Below, in pieces: positions 1 through 12,590 of a DNA stretch of 64,000 bases. Each line of letters starts with the position of its first letter. Positions within the stretch are counted from its first letter, which is position 1. Position numbers and translations under genes: made by a program. Source of the DNA: Malacoraja senta (Eukaryota); assembly GCA_038087875.1 (NCBI GenBank), contig JAXLNO010000461.1, positions 1 through 64,000 of the forward strand, read 5' to 3'. The notes beneath the pieces were generated by a model, which was given only the letters and a program-made list of their open reading frames with translations, made no database searches and was not told the origin of the DNA.

Positions 1-109
1 GAAGTTAATTTAACTTCTATTATGACAGATACAATGGAGATGTCTTTCTGTGACTGTTTGCATATGTAAGTGAAAAGAACGTTATTTTTTATTGGCCTCA
101 CTCTGGGAA

Positions 110-540
110 TGAAGGAAGCCCAGGACAGAAAGGTTAGTGTGGGAATGAGAAGTGGAGTTAAAGTGGTTAGCAACCAAGAGATACAGTAAGACCAGGCAGA
201 CTGAGCTCAAGTATTCACCAGAACCACTGGATGCAGTAGATGAGGTTAGAGGAAGTGCACGTGATCCTCTGTCTCACCTGGAAGGACTGCTGGGTCCCTG
301 GATAGATGTGAGTGGGGAGGGAAAGGGACAAGTGTTTCATCTCCCTCCAGTGTTGCAGGGAAACATAAATGAAGGGGATAGTTTGGATGGGAAGGGGTGA
401 GCGAACCAAGGAGTTGTGCAGGGGGTGTTTTTTGCAGAAGGCAGAAAGGAGTGGGGATGGGAAGATGGGAATGGTGGCAGGCTCATGTAGAAGGTAGTTT
501 AAATGTCAGGGAAGATGTGTTGGATGCAAAGACTAGTGGG
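110..540 (-). mobile_element. Penelope-like element, degenerate GIY-YIG endonuclease fragment
   Basis: Minus ORF 215-409 contains PGTQQSFQVRQRITCTSSNLIYCI, matching PGPKQSFQVRQRFTCISSNLIYCI in the long Penelope ORF at ~48200. Confidence 0.8.
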
Positions 541-1164
541 GTGATAGGTGAGTTCCGTCAGGAGGAGCTGAGTGTTGGCAGAGAGAAACTGATTGGCTCT
601 CTGTTTTAGGAAGAATTGCAGGGCCTTGGGACTTCCTATTACCAGAAAGGCCCGACAAGATTACTTCAAGTTGGACTTCAAGGTCAGTTGATTTACATTG
701 ATCGCTTTCTTGACTTTCTTATCATAATGGTGTAAATTCTCATTTAGGGGCAAGAACAACTCTTCTTGTCTCTTCCATTTATTTAACTCATACCAACACC
801 CACAAAGTGATGCTTAACCTTTGGAACTGAGAGATGGGCCTAATTTTTAAGACCTGAATCCATGTAAGTGAGAAAGACTGCAGAATTTGTGACTATAGTG
901 GGAGAATCCCATAACTTCAGAGGAAAGAAAAGTTGAAAAAAATAGCTGGAAGGAGTCCTGGCAAATTCAAATATTTTGTGATAAATTCCAATAAATTGTA
1001 ATTCCAATACTAATAATTGGGGGGGGGGGGGGGGGTTATTAAAAAAGAATGTTCTTTACATCAGTGTGACACACTGTACACATGACGACCATTTGGTCGA
1101 AAAGTCTGCCAATGCCTATTGGATCTCCTAACTTGAACTATTTTAAGTCCCCTTCTCGTTTCCC

Positions 1165-1805
1165 AACAGTCCTCATTGTCCTGGGCCTCCTCCATTGCCA
1201 GTGTGAGGTCACACACAAATTGGAGGAACAGAAACTCATATTCCACTTGGATAGCTTATAACCCTATCGTATGAAATTTCAATGTAGCTAATAACATACA
1301 AACCCCTCCCTTCTCTCATCCTTTCCCATCACCCCCCCCCCCCACCACCACTGTGCTCTACTTGGATGTGTACCGATATCTCTCCTTCCCCCTCCGCTTC
1401 CATCTATATTCCTTCCTCTGGCTTCACAATTCGCATTTCTTCTATCCTTCTCATATCTTGTCTTTTCGTCACTGGCATTTGTCCAACCATCCACGTCATA
1501 AATCCTCCTCACCTGTAATCACCTCTCTTTCAGCTTTCTTTCTCCCCCCCCCCCACCCCACCGTGATCCCTCCATGTTCTCCGGAGATGATGCCTGACCC
1601 ACTGAGTTATTCCAGCACAGTGTATTTTTCTGTAAACTGGCATCTACAGTTTTTTGTTTCTCTGTTAGACCAGTCTGCAGAAGGGTCTTTACCTGAAACA
1701 TCATCCATTCCTTCTATCCAGAGATGCTGCCTGTCCCGCTGAGTGACTCCAGCAATTTGTGTCTATCTTCGGTATAAACCAGCAATCTGCAGTTCCTTCC
1801 TAAAC
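1165..1805 (+). mobile_element. Penelope-like 3' end and pseudo-LTR fragments
   Basis: ttgtcctgggcctcctccattgcc...aaattggaggaacag matches 48420-48500. It is followed by agagatgctgcctgtcccgctgagt pLTR motifs and a degenerate hammerhead core (~1675-1702). Confidence 0.75.
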
Positions 1806-3734
1806 AGTCCAACAGAAGTTACAGGAACAGAAAACAATAGATGTGAGTTCCACTGCTGCATGCGTACTTGCAGGCGCTATTTTCTGCAGTAGTGAACTCA
1901 TGTAATGTTTACTAGCGTTAGGGTGTGGGATTCAGCAGCCCGATCCTTTGTGTATCCTTGATGGAATGGCACCATACCATCTTCCATCTGCAAATGCTCA
2001 GTCATCTTTGTTTCTGCTGTTATTAACCCTTCTGACTCACAACTCCTTCCAATGACTAACTCCAAATGATACTAACCTCTGGAGCATGTCATGATGGAGT
2101 TGATGACAAAGTTGCATGAATAACATAATTATGAATAACATAATTACAGGTGAAAAATCAGGTGAATTTGTAACAATAACGACTTGTTACAACGAAAGTT
2201 GCAATAGCACTTTCCATCAACTCTTTGATATGCTCCAAAGTAGATTGCCATTATTCCAAATCCAGCCAGAAAAAATCTGTTAATCCAGTCTTCCTTGCTG
2301 TCAGTATCTCTGAGGCTTATTCCTTAAGCTCTTTTAAGAGCTGCGCTACTGAAAAATGGTAATTGCCAATTTTTTCTCTATCCTGCCCAACATTAATGGT
2401 AAATGGCAGCGAGGAAAGCAAGTCCGAATCTGGCATGTGTGAAGTGATCAATACTGGGCAGTAAAGGAAGTTCCAATGATTGAAAGGATTCAGAGGGAGG
2501 CCACCAGAATCATTGACTGGATGGAAATTTAACACTGGATTAGTCTTTGCTGATGGGGATTGTAACAGAAAGAAAATCAGATTTCTTAACTCGATTTTTT
2601 AGGACTTGAATAAATAAGACAGTCGTGAAAAATAAATTTCATTTTCTTGATTACATGGCTCCTTTATTTATACCACTGAATGATCTTCATAAAGTTCATG
2701 TTTATTCTATGCCAGTTAAAAATTAGTTTGCTACCTCTGTATATGTGGATGAAAAAATACAGGTTTACCTGCAAACAAAGCCAGTCTGTGCTATGCTTCG
2801 GATGTCACTGTTTATCAAAGTTTATCCCTTCGAGATGATGAACAATTTCAAATCAATCTAACTCAAGCAGAGTTGATCTTTATTAAAATCAGAACATGTA
2901 ATGTTGGGATTTGTCAGTTCCTGATTATAAAGTTCATTCGACCCATAATTTAATTTAAATGTAAAGTTGTTTTTAAGCAAGACCTATGTATGCTAAGTTG
3001 ATTTTTCTTTGCTATATTTTACAGTATTTTGCAATATTGAGGAAATAACTTTTTTTTTTAACAAAGTCATAAAATATTTTGTTTGCTCTTGCTGGCCAAA
3101 GTTCAATATTGATGGTCAATGTTAATAGCAATGGCCAAAGAAAATGCAAAAAGTTAGGGCGAACAGGAAAGTTCATCTATCTGTTTGTGGGTGGCTTCCT
3201 GGCTATAATACAAGTGGGTGAGCTTGATCAAAATGCTGGAGGAATTCAGAAGGCCAAGTAAGATCTGTGGGGGGAAAAGGACTAACAATGTTTTGTGTCA
3301 GGACTTCTGTCGTCTGTTCTTTTCCATCCATAAAGTTCCTCCACCAGTTTGGTTCTGGCTCAAGATTCCAGAATATGTAGTCCCTTGCTTCTCAAGAATC
3401 TAAATGAGTTAAATTAAATAACTCTTGCAATTTTGCTAATAACCATAGTAGGAAGAGGCAGTAAGATTCAAGAATTTGATACCATTGTGACAGAAGGAAA
3501 CAAATGATATTTGGTGAATAGAAGTGATATAACAGAGTGTGACGAATATGCAGAGTGAAGTGCTGAGGATTACAGGTAATGAAATCGAGGAAATCGTAAT
3601 AAGGAGATCTCATGATTAAACAAATGGACAATTACTTCTGTTTATTTGCATAATTGTCTTCCTTTATTTGCTGAAGGAAGACCCTTGGTGTCAGTGTAAT
3701 ACATATAATGACTCAACATTATCCAAGATAGGAC

Positions 3735-4334
3735 ATAGAACAGTGCAGCATAGGAAGAGGCCCTTCGGCCCACAATGTCAGTGCCAAATATGATGCCAAA
3801 TTAAGCTAATGTCCCGTGCTTGCACATGATCCATATACCTCCATTCCCTGCATATCCAAGTGCCTATCTGAAAGCATCTTAAATGCCCCTTTCGTATCTG
3901 CTTCCTCCATACTCCCTGAAAGCATGTTCCAGGCACCCACCACTATCTGTGTAAAATAAACTTGCCATACACATCTCCTTTAAACCTTGCCCTCTCACCT
4001 TAAAGCTATGCCTTCTAGTCTTTGATATTTCCACCTTGGGAAAGAGGTTCTGACTGTCTACCCTATCTATCCTTCACTTAATTTTACATACTTCTATCAG
4101 GTCTCTCCTCAACCTCTGACATTCCAGAGAAAAACAATGCATGCTTGTCCACCTTCTCCTTGCAGGAGAGCTTGTTCGCCCTCTCCAAAGCCTCTACATC
4201 TTTCCAATATTGGGGCATCAAGAACTGCACACAATACTCCAAATGCAGCCTAACTAAAGTCCTATAAAGCTGCAACATCACTTCCGGACTCTTATACACA
4301 ATGCCACAACCGATGTAGGCAAGCTTACCATTCT
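3735..4334 (-). mobile_element. CR1 LINE 3' fragment, interrupted by the LTR element and resuming briefly after 5796
   Basis: Minus ORF contains LQLYRTLVRLHLEYCVQF, typical of the CR1 ORF2 C-terminus. Confidence 0.8.
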
Positions 4335-4567
4335 TGTAGATCACTTCAAAGCATATAAGATTTACACACATCTTTATTCAGCACTTTAACTTGGCAGCAT
4401 TACAGAGCGAGGTGTTGTCAGTTCATCCTGGCTGCTTCAACTAACGGTGCTGGGAATGGGCGTTAATATAAATGTTATAATGGGGTGGAGTTAGTGATGC
4501 TGGCTAAGTGTGATTGATTCACATGCATCATCAATCTACATCCTTCCCCCTAAAGATTAAAAGCATA

Positions 4568-5008
4568 TTAAACATACTCGCTATACCTGACTGGTGGTCT
4601 ACTAACACGGCCCGAACGCGTGCGGACCCAACCATCCCCTCCCTCAACTGAAGGATGAGGCGGAGAGGCTGAAGGTGAAAACCGCACGGGAGAGGATTGT
4701 GGTGACGGAGGGGTGAAACATGCGGTGGGTGAAACCCCGTGGTTAGTGGAGACCGATAGACGTGGGAGAGTGCCAGGCGTGCGGGGACGGGCAGGAGACA
4801 TTGTGGAAGGCGGCTGGGACTGGAGCGGCGGAGCATATGGATCGGCAGGCGGTGGTCGGGGCTCCTTCACAGCAAGCAGGTGTTGGCGACTTCTCCGGTA
4901 AACCGCTCCCTCACAGTCCACAAGGTACGATCGCGGCTCATCAGTCGGGCGCACAACAACGCCCAGACGAGAATGACCAGTTGGAGTTCGCAGACGGACG
5001 ACCTGCCC
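4568..5008 (-). pseudogene. Gypsy integrase C-terminal remnant
   Basis: GQVVRLRTPTGHSRLGVVVRPTDEPRSYLVDCEGAVYRRSRQHL...VRTRSGRVSRPPVRY is the typical Mag-like integrase tail, ending just before the PPT. Confidence 0.8.
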
Positions 5009-5567
5009 CGCCCTCGGGAAGGCTTGTAATTACTGCAAAAAGCTAAATCACTTTGCCTCAGCCTGTCGGGCTGCTATCAGGGCCCGAGGAAAGAATGCGC
5101 CCAGTCCCAAGTCTAATCTCAATTTTTTGCAACGAGACAGCAACATACTGACTCCCCATTTCCAGCTCGAAGCCACCCCCGAATGTATTTCATTTGACTC
5201 GCAAGACGATCCTACTGTTTACATGTTACAGCATGCTGCTGCCAAGAACTCTGATCCTACAGTGACGATATCTATAAACAATGTTGCTTTTGGCGCGAAA
5301 CTGGATACGGGGGCGAGGGTCAATACAATGTCAATCAACCTTTTTAACAGGATCAGGGCTAACGAGCCACTTTGCATGCTTTTGGTGGGGAGGTGCTATT
5401 TCCTCTGGGCAAAGCCAACTTGAAATGTGTACTGAAGAAAACAACTAGGGAATTGACTTTCCATGTGCTGGACTTTAATTCGGTTACCCTGCTTGGCAAT
5501 CGTGCCTGTCAGGAACTAGGGCTGATTTCCTTTGATAAAACTGTCCACAAACTGCAAGTTTCCTTTG
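5004..5567 (+). pseudogene. Gypsy gag zinc knuckle and aspartic protease remnant, inverted relative to the LTRs
   Basis: CPALGKACNYCKKLNHFASAC (CCHC knuckle) from 5004, LDTGA protease motif at ~5301-5315, and LLGNRACQELGLI; frameshifted. Confidence 0.85.
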
Positions 5568-5585
5568 ATCCCACTTCTGACACCA
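5568..5585 (-). promoter_or_regulatory. Primer-binding site complementary to the tRNA-Leu 3' end
   Basis: Plus strand ATCCCACTTCTGACACCA matches the 3' 18 nt, including CCA, of vertebrate tRNA-Leu(CAA) as I recall it, and abuts the 5' LTR. Confidence 0.85.
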
Positions 5586-7559
5586 TGTAGATCACTTCAA
5601 AGCATATAAGATTTACACACATCTTTATTCAGCACTTTAACTTGGCAGCATTACAGAGCGAGGTGTTGTCAGTTCATCCTGGCTGCTTCAACTAACGGTG
5701 TTGGGAATGGGCGTTAGTATAAATGTTATAATGGGGTGAAGTTAGTGATGCCAGCTAAGTGTGATTGATTCACATGTATCATCAATCTACAATTCTTGCC
5801 TTCTTTACCACTCCGGCCACTTGTATACTCTATGAATAAGCCAGTTATGAATTCAAACTATAAAGTCACTGTGAGTCCCATAAATCTTATCTTCTGGAGA
5901 CTTGGCTTACTAAACCCCATGTAGACATCATCCACAGCCCTCTTAGTGTCTATACAACCGTTCTGTCTGTTCTTCCTTTGTAGACTGATGAAATCCAACA
6001 TGTCTCCAACGACTCTAACAAACCTCTACTGATGTACCATAAAAATCAGATTACATCATATACACTCAATGGTCTGTGTTGTGTCAGATGGTCACAGGGA
6101 ATAAAAGTAGGGATGATGGCCCGGTGCTGGGTGCCTGGGTGCAGAGAAGATATCTGGATATCAGGTAGCCCAAACTCAATTGTGATGCTCATAATGTTAA
6201 ATAGAGTGTGAACACTTGCCATTCACATACACGTGACAAATCATGGTTTATGTTAAGAACAAAGAGTCATTCCCACCTGTTATCAGGCAACTGAACGGTC
6301 CTCTCATGCATCCCAAGAACTTTGTGCTGAGACGTGCTGTGATACTGCTGTGTATTTTTGCCATGGATATTGAGGAACATAAAGGTAACTTATTTTTTCT
6401 ATGGGAAAGGGAATTAATGATAGATTGGATAAAAGACATTAAAATGTAAAAAGGTGGAAAATTAAATTAAAAAGGACAAGATGGTGAGCACAATTAAATA
6501 GTGCCAAATGGTGCAACAATTGCAATAATCCAGGGTCATTATTACAGTCACACATCACCTTAAGCTATTTAAATAACCATAACTATCAGTTTCAGCTTCC
6601 ATCAATGTGACCAGAAACCTCATAGAATTATTGTTCTTGGGCTGAGAGTTTGGAGAGATGCAATTTCACCTAAATATCTCTCAGACAATTAACCTGAGTC
6701 TAAGAAGCTCACAATCATGTAAGAAAGAAAACAAATGGAATTACAGGTCAGTAGGTGGAAAGCTTCAGTGTTGTTGCTCCTGGGCCACCTTAATGTGGTT
6801 TTATTCTAAATTATTTCCTAGAGTAGTACTTAGAGTGTTGCTTTGATATTGACTAAGCTTCCCAGGGCAAAGTAGCTTTCTCGATGATTATTGTCAATTT
6901 GCTAGTGAATTGAATTTCAGCATTATTATATATTTAAAAAATCTAAAGGTGAATAAAGGGATTAGAAAAAGAGCTAGTGCATGGGCTTAAGTTCTCTTTC
7001 TGGAGGATAAACACTGACTGATTGGGTTGTGCTTTTATCATTTCTTTATGATTCTGAGTAACCGTCTACTGATTATTGATAATGAGAATTATTCATTCTT
7101 TTATTGATGCACAGAATGAATTGTTATAGATTAAAAATATCATTTATTTGCTATCTTTATCACGTGCACTTGAGCTGCTGACTACAGGGTACTTTTCCTT
7201 GCAACAAATGGAATATTAAGAACTCAAAAATGATAGCACAACACCAAAGGAATAGAATAAGGTGGAAGACAAACTACTGCCTGGAAATTCCAGCATGTGG
7301 TAAGTAACCACAGAGGTTTTAGCCTCATCTGCCTTATCTGACAGAAATGTTGTAGTAACCCTTGAAAATCAAAACAAATGCTGGTTCAGTGAAAAATCAG
7401 CACATATGTCAATAATCGGGTAAAGTGGCAATATATTGATCCTGAACTTTATTTGGACCATTTGTCACCAGATAACATCAAAGAAATAATGTAGAATAAA
7501 ACCACATTAAATTAGCCCAGAAGCAACAGCACTAAAGCTTTCCAACCAGTTGCGTATAA

Positions 7560-8700
7560 GACTACCGGTTTTCGTGGATGACACTACAATTGGTGGTAAT
7601 GTGAAGAGTGAAAACGTTTATCTATGAATATAATGGGATCAACTGAGCCCTTGCATTGAGGAATGGCTGATGGAGTTTCACTCAGATGATGGCGATATTT
7701 TGCATTTTGACAAGACAAAGCAGTACAGGACTTACACAGTAAATGGTAGGGGCCTGGAGAGTGTAGTAGAACAGAGGAACCTGAGGGTGCTGATACATAG
7801 TTCCTGAAAGTGGCGACACAGGTAGACAGAATAGTTCAACAGTGCTTTATTTGTCTCATATGCGACTGCACAGTGAATTTCCTTTTGCATATATTACACA
7901 TGCAGGCGCTGACATTTTTGGCGCCATTATTCAAAGTCCAAAGTCCGGAAGGCTTGTGCGCTTGGAATAGTGGAGCACCTCCCGCGAACTGACGTTCCTC
8001 CTCTCCTTGCCCGGCCATCTTTGTGTCCTGGAGGCACTGCCTGCAGCCGACATTGAAGGCGCTGGAAACATTACCCAGGTTCACCCTCCTACCGGCCCAC
8101 TCCTAGCGCTGAGTGGAGAAGAATGTGTTTATCACATTTGCCTTAATTGGCTAGTGTATTGAGTAAATAAGTTGACATAAACTGTAATGGTGTGTGAGAC
8201 AGTGGTAAGTTCATATTTGGAACACATTTTTTAGTTCCGGTCTTCCTGTACAAAAAGGATGTAATTAAACTGCAAAAGGTGCAAGAACATTTACAATAAT
8301 CTTACTAGTTCTGAAAACTTTAAGTTAGAAGGAGATAGGCTGGTCATTTTCCCTAAAATGTAGGAGGCTGAGGGTTGGTATATAAAATCATGAGGGGCAT
8401 AGATAAGGTGAAGCTTTTCCCCAGAGTAAGGGAGTTTAAAACTAGATCACATCGGTTTAAAATGAGAGAGGAAAGAATTGAAAGGGAAAGACAATTGAGA
8501 GACAACTTTTTCACAGAGAGCGGTGCCTGCATGGAATGAGTTGCCAGAGGAAGTGGTAGAGATCGATACATTTACGCCCATTGAAAAAAACACTTAGACA
8601 GGTACATTGACAGGAAAGGTTTGGGGGGATTCGACCAGGCATAGGCAAGTGCACTAGCTCAGTTGAAGCATCTTGTTTGGCATGGATTAGTTGGGCATGT
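7560..8700 (+). mobile_element. Old CR1 LINE RT/3' fragment with a ~280-bp unrelated insert (~7836-8115)
   Basis: ttcgtggatgacactacaattggtgg (FADDTKIGG-like), gtggcgacacaggtagacag, and CR1 3'-type sequence to ~8700. Confidence 0.75.
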
Positions 8701-8724
8701 TTCTTTGGGATCACAACAAAGGGG

Positions 8725-9410
8725 ATGCTTACATAAAACTGGAAAATTCAGTGTTCATAGCATCATGTTATGGACTATTCAGGCACAATATGAGGTATTG
8801 TTCCTCTAGGTTTCACTCTGATGATGGAGAAGGCTGAGGACACAGGTTGGTGTGGGAATGGGAAGGGGAACTGAAATGGCATGCAATTGGGATCTCAGGA
8901 TGGCCATTGTAGACAGGTGATTTGCAAATCCTTCACCGAATCTTGCTGAAGTAGACAAACACCCAATGAAGTTGAGGAAATTGGAGGAGGTGATGAGTGG
9001 CCAGGGAGTCATGGAGGGAATGGACTCGGTGGAAGTTAGAAAGTGGTGGGAAGGAGATGATGTGACCAGTGGTGGAATCTTGTTGCAGGTGGAGGAAATG
9101 ATAACAACGATGTGGTGGATGCTGTGGGGTGAGAGGTGAGTGCTGGGAAATCTTCATCTCTGTTCGGTCTGGGGGGAGATGCAGTGAGAGCAGAAGTCCA
9201 AGAAACAGAGGAGTGTGAGTGAGGTTCCATCGGCCACAGTAGAGGCGAAGCCATGGTTCCTGAAAAAAGATAACATTTCCGATGTCCTGGAATGGAAGCC
9301 TTCATCCTGAGAGCAAATGTGGTGGAGATGTAGGAACTATGGGAAAAGGGATGGCATCCATATAAGCGACAAGGGTGAAGAGGTTTTATCAAGGTGGCTG
9401 TGGGAAAATG
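8725..9410 (-). mobile_element. Degenerate Penelope-like fragment (RT C-terminus to endonuclease)
   Basis: Reverse-complement similarity to ~47700-48540, with LTSHPT and FPPLSNF remnants. Confidence 0.7.
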
Positions 9411-9703
9411 TAGTCAATACTTTGAAATATACTACTGTCCTTTAGTCACTGATACTAAATTCTGGAACTCGCTGATCAACCTTACTGTTGGGTACCAGAA
9501 GGTCCGCAGTGGTTCAAGGAGGTGATGCACAATTTCAGTGACAAATTAATACTGACAATATATATACTGACCTTACCAAGGATTGCCATATCCCAAAAAA
9601 TCAATCAGACACTTGATAATATCAAAAGTGAAATATTACAGGAACTACAAATTTGAAAGAAATAACAGGAGTGTTCGAAATATTCAGAAGCTCACGCAAT
9701 GGT

Positions 9704-10892
9704 GGGCAGCACCGTGGCACAGTGGTAGAGTTGCTGCCTCATAATGGCAGAGACAAGGGTTCGATCCTGCTTATGGGTGCCAGCCAGCAGTCCTGCCAGC
9801 AGCGTGTTTGTTTTTTCTACTTTTTTTGTTTTTTTAGTGTGTCTTAATGTATGTTTTTAATGTCTCTCGGTGTTTCTTGTGTGGGGGGTGGTGTGGGGGG
9901 GTAAGGGGGAAACCGTTTTGGTCGCCTCCTCCATGGAAAGGCGACTTTTTCCATGTCGCCTCCCCCGTGGCCTAACATCAAGGATCGGTGCGGCCTTTCC
10001 CAGAGACGTGCCCGGGGCTTCAGCTGCGGGCGCTGTGCGTACTCTCGTCGCGGAGCGGGCGAGCCCTCACCGGGGTTCACCAGAGGGGAGCGCTCTGTTT
10101 GCTGGCCAGCTGCGGTCTGCGGAGCTCCAGCTGGCGGCGTCTGGAGCCTGGGATCCTTCGTTGGGGACCCCGTAGGAGAAGAGCTTCAACCGCCCGCGGC
10201 CTACTTCTACCGCGGGCGCGGCGGGAACTTACCATCCGGAGCGGGGTCCCTCGCCTGGGATCCCTGGAGAGGAGCTCCAACTGCCGGCCTTGCCGTCTGC
10301 GGTGCTTCTGGCTGCGGCGCAGCGGGGACTTTAAATCTTCGACCGCCGGCCTGCGGCCTACACCATCCTGAAGCCGTGGTCTCCGGTGGGGAAGCACCGA
10401 TTGTGGACTTACCTGGACTTACCTTGTCTGAACATCTGGACGCCTGCAGCGGCAACTGTGAGGGGTTGAGGTCCCGACCACGGGGGAAAATGGAGGAGGA
10501 CTGGCCAAATTTTGTGCCTTCCACCACAGTGATGAATGCTGTGGTGGATGTTTGTGTTAAATTTTTATTGTGTATTGTGTGTTCTTTTTTTATTGTACCG
10601 CTGCTGGCAAATTCATTTAACTTGCACTTTATGTGCAAGTGACGAATAAAACTTGACTTGACTTGACTTGACTTGTCTGTACGGAGTTTGCACATTCTCC
10701 CTTTGACCACGTGGGTTTTCTCAGGGTGCTCCAGTTTCCTCCCACATCCCAAAGGCGTAGGTTAATTGGCTTCTGTAGATTGTCCCTATGTGTTTAAGGT
10801 AGAACTAGTGTACGGGCGTATGCGGGTCAACGTGCACTCGGTGGGCTGAAGGGCTTGTTTCCATGCTGTATCTCCAGTCTAAACTAAACTAA
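9704..10892 (+). mobile_element. tRNA-derived V-SINE/HE1-like SINE split by an insertion (head 9704-9780, remainder ~10676-10892)
   Basis: A-box TGGCACAGTGG and B-box GGTTCGATCC; resumes with tctgtacggagtttgcacattctcc...gtgggttttctc; (CTAAA)n tail. Confidence 0.85.
9781..10675 (+). mobile_element. GC-rich non-autonomous retroposon with (ACTTG)n tail
   Basis: Cleanly interrupts the SINE and ends GTGACGAATAAA(ACTTG)5. The overlapping ORFs show no recognisable domain. Confidence 0.7.
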
Positions 10893-11178
10893 ATGATACA
10901 TGTAGAAAAAGAGACCGGTTTTAACAATTGTTCTACAAATTGTTGACTATATCTTCAATCCCTACTCTTCTCCTGTTTGAGGTATCTCAGTGAACCTTAC
11001 ATTGGATGTTTTATTGACATAATTTATACGATCAATGGCCTGGATCTTGTATCCAAATGCAAATGTTAAATTTCCATGAAAATGAAAAATTGCCGAATTT
11101 AAATGATCTGCATTCAGAAAACTTGCAATACTGACTGCAGTGCGTTTGAATTTATCAAGAAGAGATACATATAGAAAT

Positions 11179-11360
11179 ACACAGAAAAAGCTGGAGTAAG
11201 TCAGCGGGACAGGCAGCATCTCTGGAGAGAAGATATGGCTGAGGTCTCGACCCGAAACTTCACCCATTCCTTCTCTCCAGAGATGCTGCCTGTCCCGTTG
11301 AGTTACTCCAGCTTTTTGTGTCTATCTTTGGTTTAAACCAGCATCTGCAGTTCCTCCTTA
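11179..11360. repeat. Fold-back Penelope pseudo-LTR fragment
   Basis: 11179-11232 is a near-perfect reverse complement of 11270-11321; the loop holds a partial hammerhead (ggtctcgacccgaaac). Confidence 0.85.
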
Positions 11361-11742
11361 CACTTTATAGATATAGATATATACATGTCACGTTATCATT
11401 TCTATTTTAACACCTTTGTAAAGTTGAGCCATTTAAATTCGCAAGCCAATTAAAGTTAAACACCTACCCGAAAAACAATTTGTGAATCTTAATGTCGCAA
11501 TTTCAATTCCATTCTGTTTTGCATATTTTATTTTAATTGTCACCAAATCTTTTTTACATTTCCCCCTTAATGACCTCTTCTAAATTTAATTTGGGTGTAT
11601 TTCCCAACCAACTAACCTTTCCCTGTAATTACATGCTGTTGTAATTAGTTTTTCCTGCCTTACTGTACAAATGTACAGTTTTCAACATGATGTTGGATTT
11701 AATTCATGCAAACTGAATCTGCAGGATTAATTAGTGTAATGT

Positions 11743-12590
11743 TTATCCATATAACCATATAACAATTACAGCACGGAAACAGGCCATCTCGGCCCTTCTA
11801 GTCCGTGCCGAACACTTACTCTCACCTAGTCCCATCTTACCTGCACTCAGATCATAACCCTCCATTCCTTTCCCGTCCATATACCTATCCAATTTATTTT
11901 TAAATGATAAAATCGATCCTGCCTCCACCACTTCCACTGGAAACTCATTCCACACAGCTATCGCTCTCTGAGTAAAGAAGTTCCCCCTCATGTTACCCCT
12001 AAAATTTTGTCCCTTAATCCTCAAATCATGTCCTCTTGTTTCAATCTTCCCTACTCTCAATGGAAAAAGCTTATCCACGTCAACTCTGTCTATCCCTCTC
12101 ATAATTTTAAAGACCTCTATCAAGTCCCCCCTTAACCTTCTGTGCTCCAAAGAATAAAGACCTATCTTGATCAACCTTTCTCTGTAACTTAGATGCTGAA
12201 ACCCTGGCAACATTCTAGTAAATCTCCTCTGTACTCTCTCTATTTTGTTGACATTTTTCCTATAATTTTGCGACCAAAATTATACACCATACTCCAGAAT
12301 TGGCCTCACCAATGCCTTGTACAATTTTAACATTACATCCCAACTTCTATACTCAATGCTTTGATTTATAAAGGCCAGCACACCAAAAGCTTTCTTTACC
12401 ACCCTATCTACATGAGATTCCACCTTCAGGGAACTATGCACAGTTATTCCTAGATCCCTCTGTTCAACTGCATTCCTCAATTCGCTACCATTTACCATGT
12501 ACATCCTATTTTGATTTGTCCTGCCAAGATATCACACTTATCAGCATTAAACTCCATCTGCCATCTTTCAGCCCACTCTTCCAAATGGCC
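11743..12590 (-). mobile_element. CR1 LINE 3' fragment with (GGTTATAT)n-like tail
   Basis: ORFs contain LYSLEHRRLRGDLIEVFKIM, KLYKALVRPILEY and WAERWQMEFNADKC. Confidence 0.9.

Larger units (their letters stand above)
4335..5791 (-). mobile_element. Internally deleted, non-autonomous Gypsy/Ty3 (Mag-like) LTR retrotransposon
   Basis: 206-bp direct LTRs at 4335-4540 and 5586-5791 with TGTAGAT...ATCTACA ends and about 6 mismatches by eye. TSD ATTCT at 4330-4334 and 5792-5796. Minus-strand PBS at 5568-5585 and PPT (GGGGGAAGGA) at 4541-4550. Confidence 0.93.

Noticed and set aside
5568..5585. tRNA-Leu 3' sequence with CCA
   Set aside because: Only 18 nt and adjacent to an LTR, so it is a primer-binding site and not a tRNA gene.
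9704..9780. tRNA-like A and B boxes
   Set aside because: Head of a tRNA-derived SINE; no full cloverleaf.
9870..10752. Overlapping 100-229 aa ORFs on both strands
   Set aside because: Expected in GC-rich repeat DNA; no recognisable domain, and the longest minus ORF runs through the microsatellite tail into a SINE.
10962..11170. Possible host exon (LDKFKRTAVSIASFLNADHLNSAIF...)
   Set aside because: No protein family recognised and no partner exons found; cannot be excluded without RNA-seq or a homology search.
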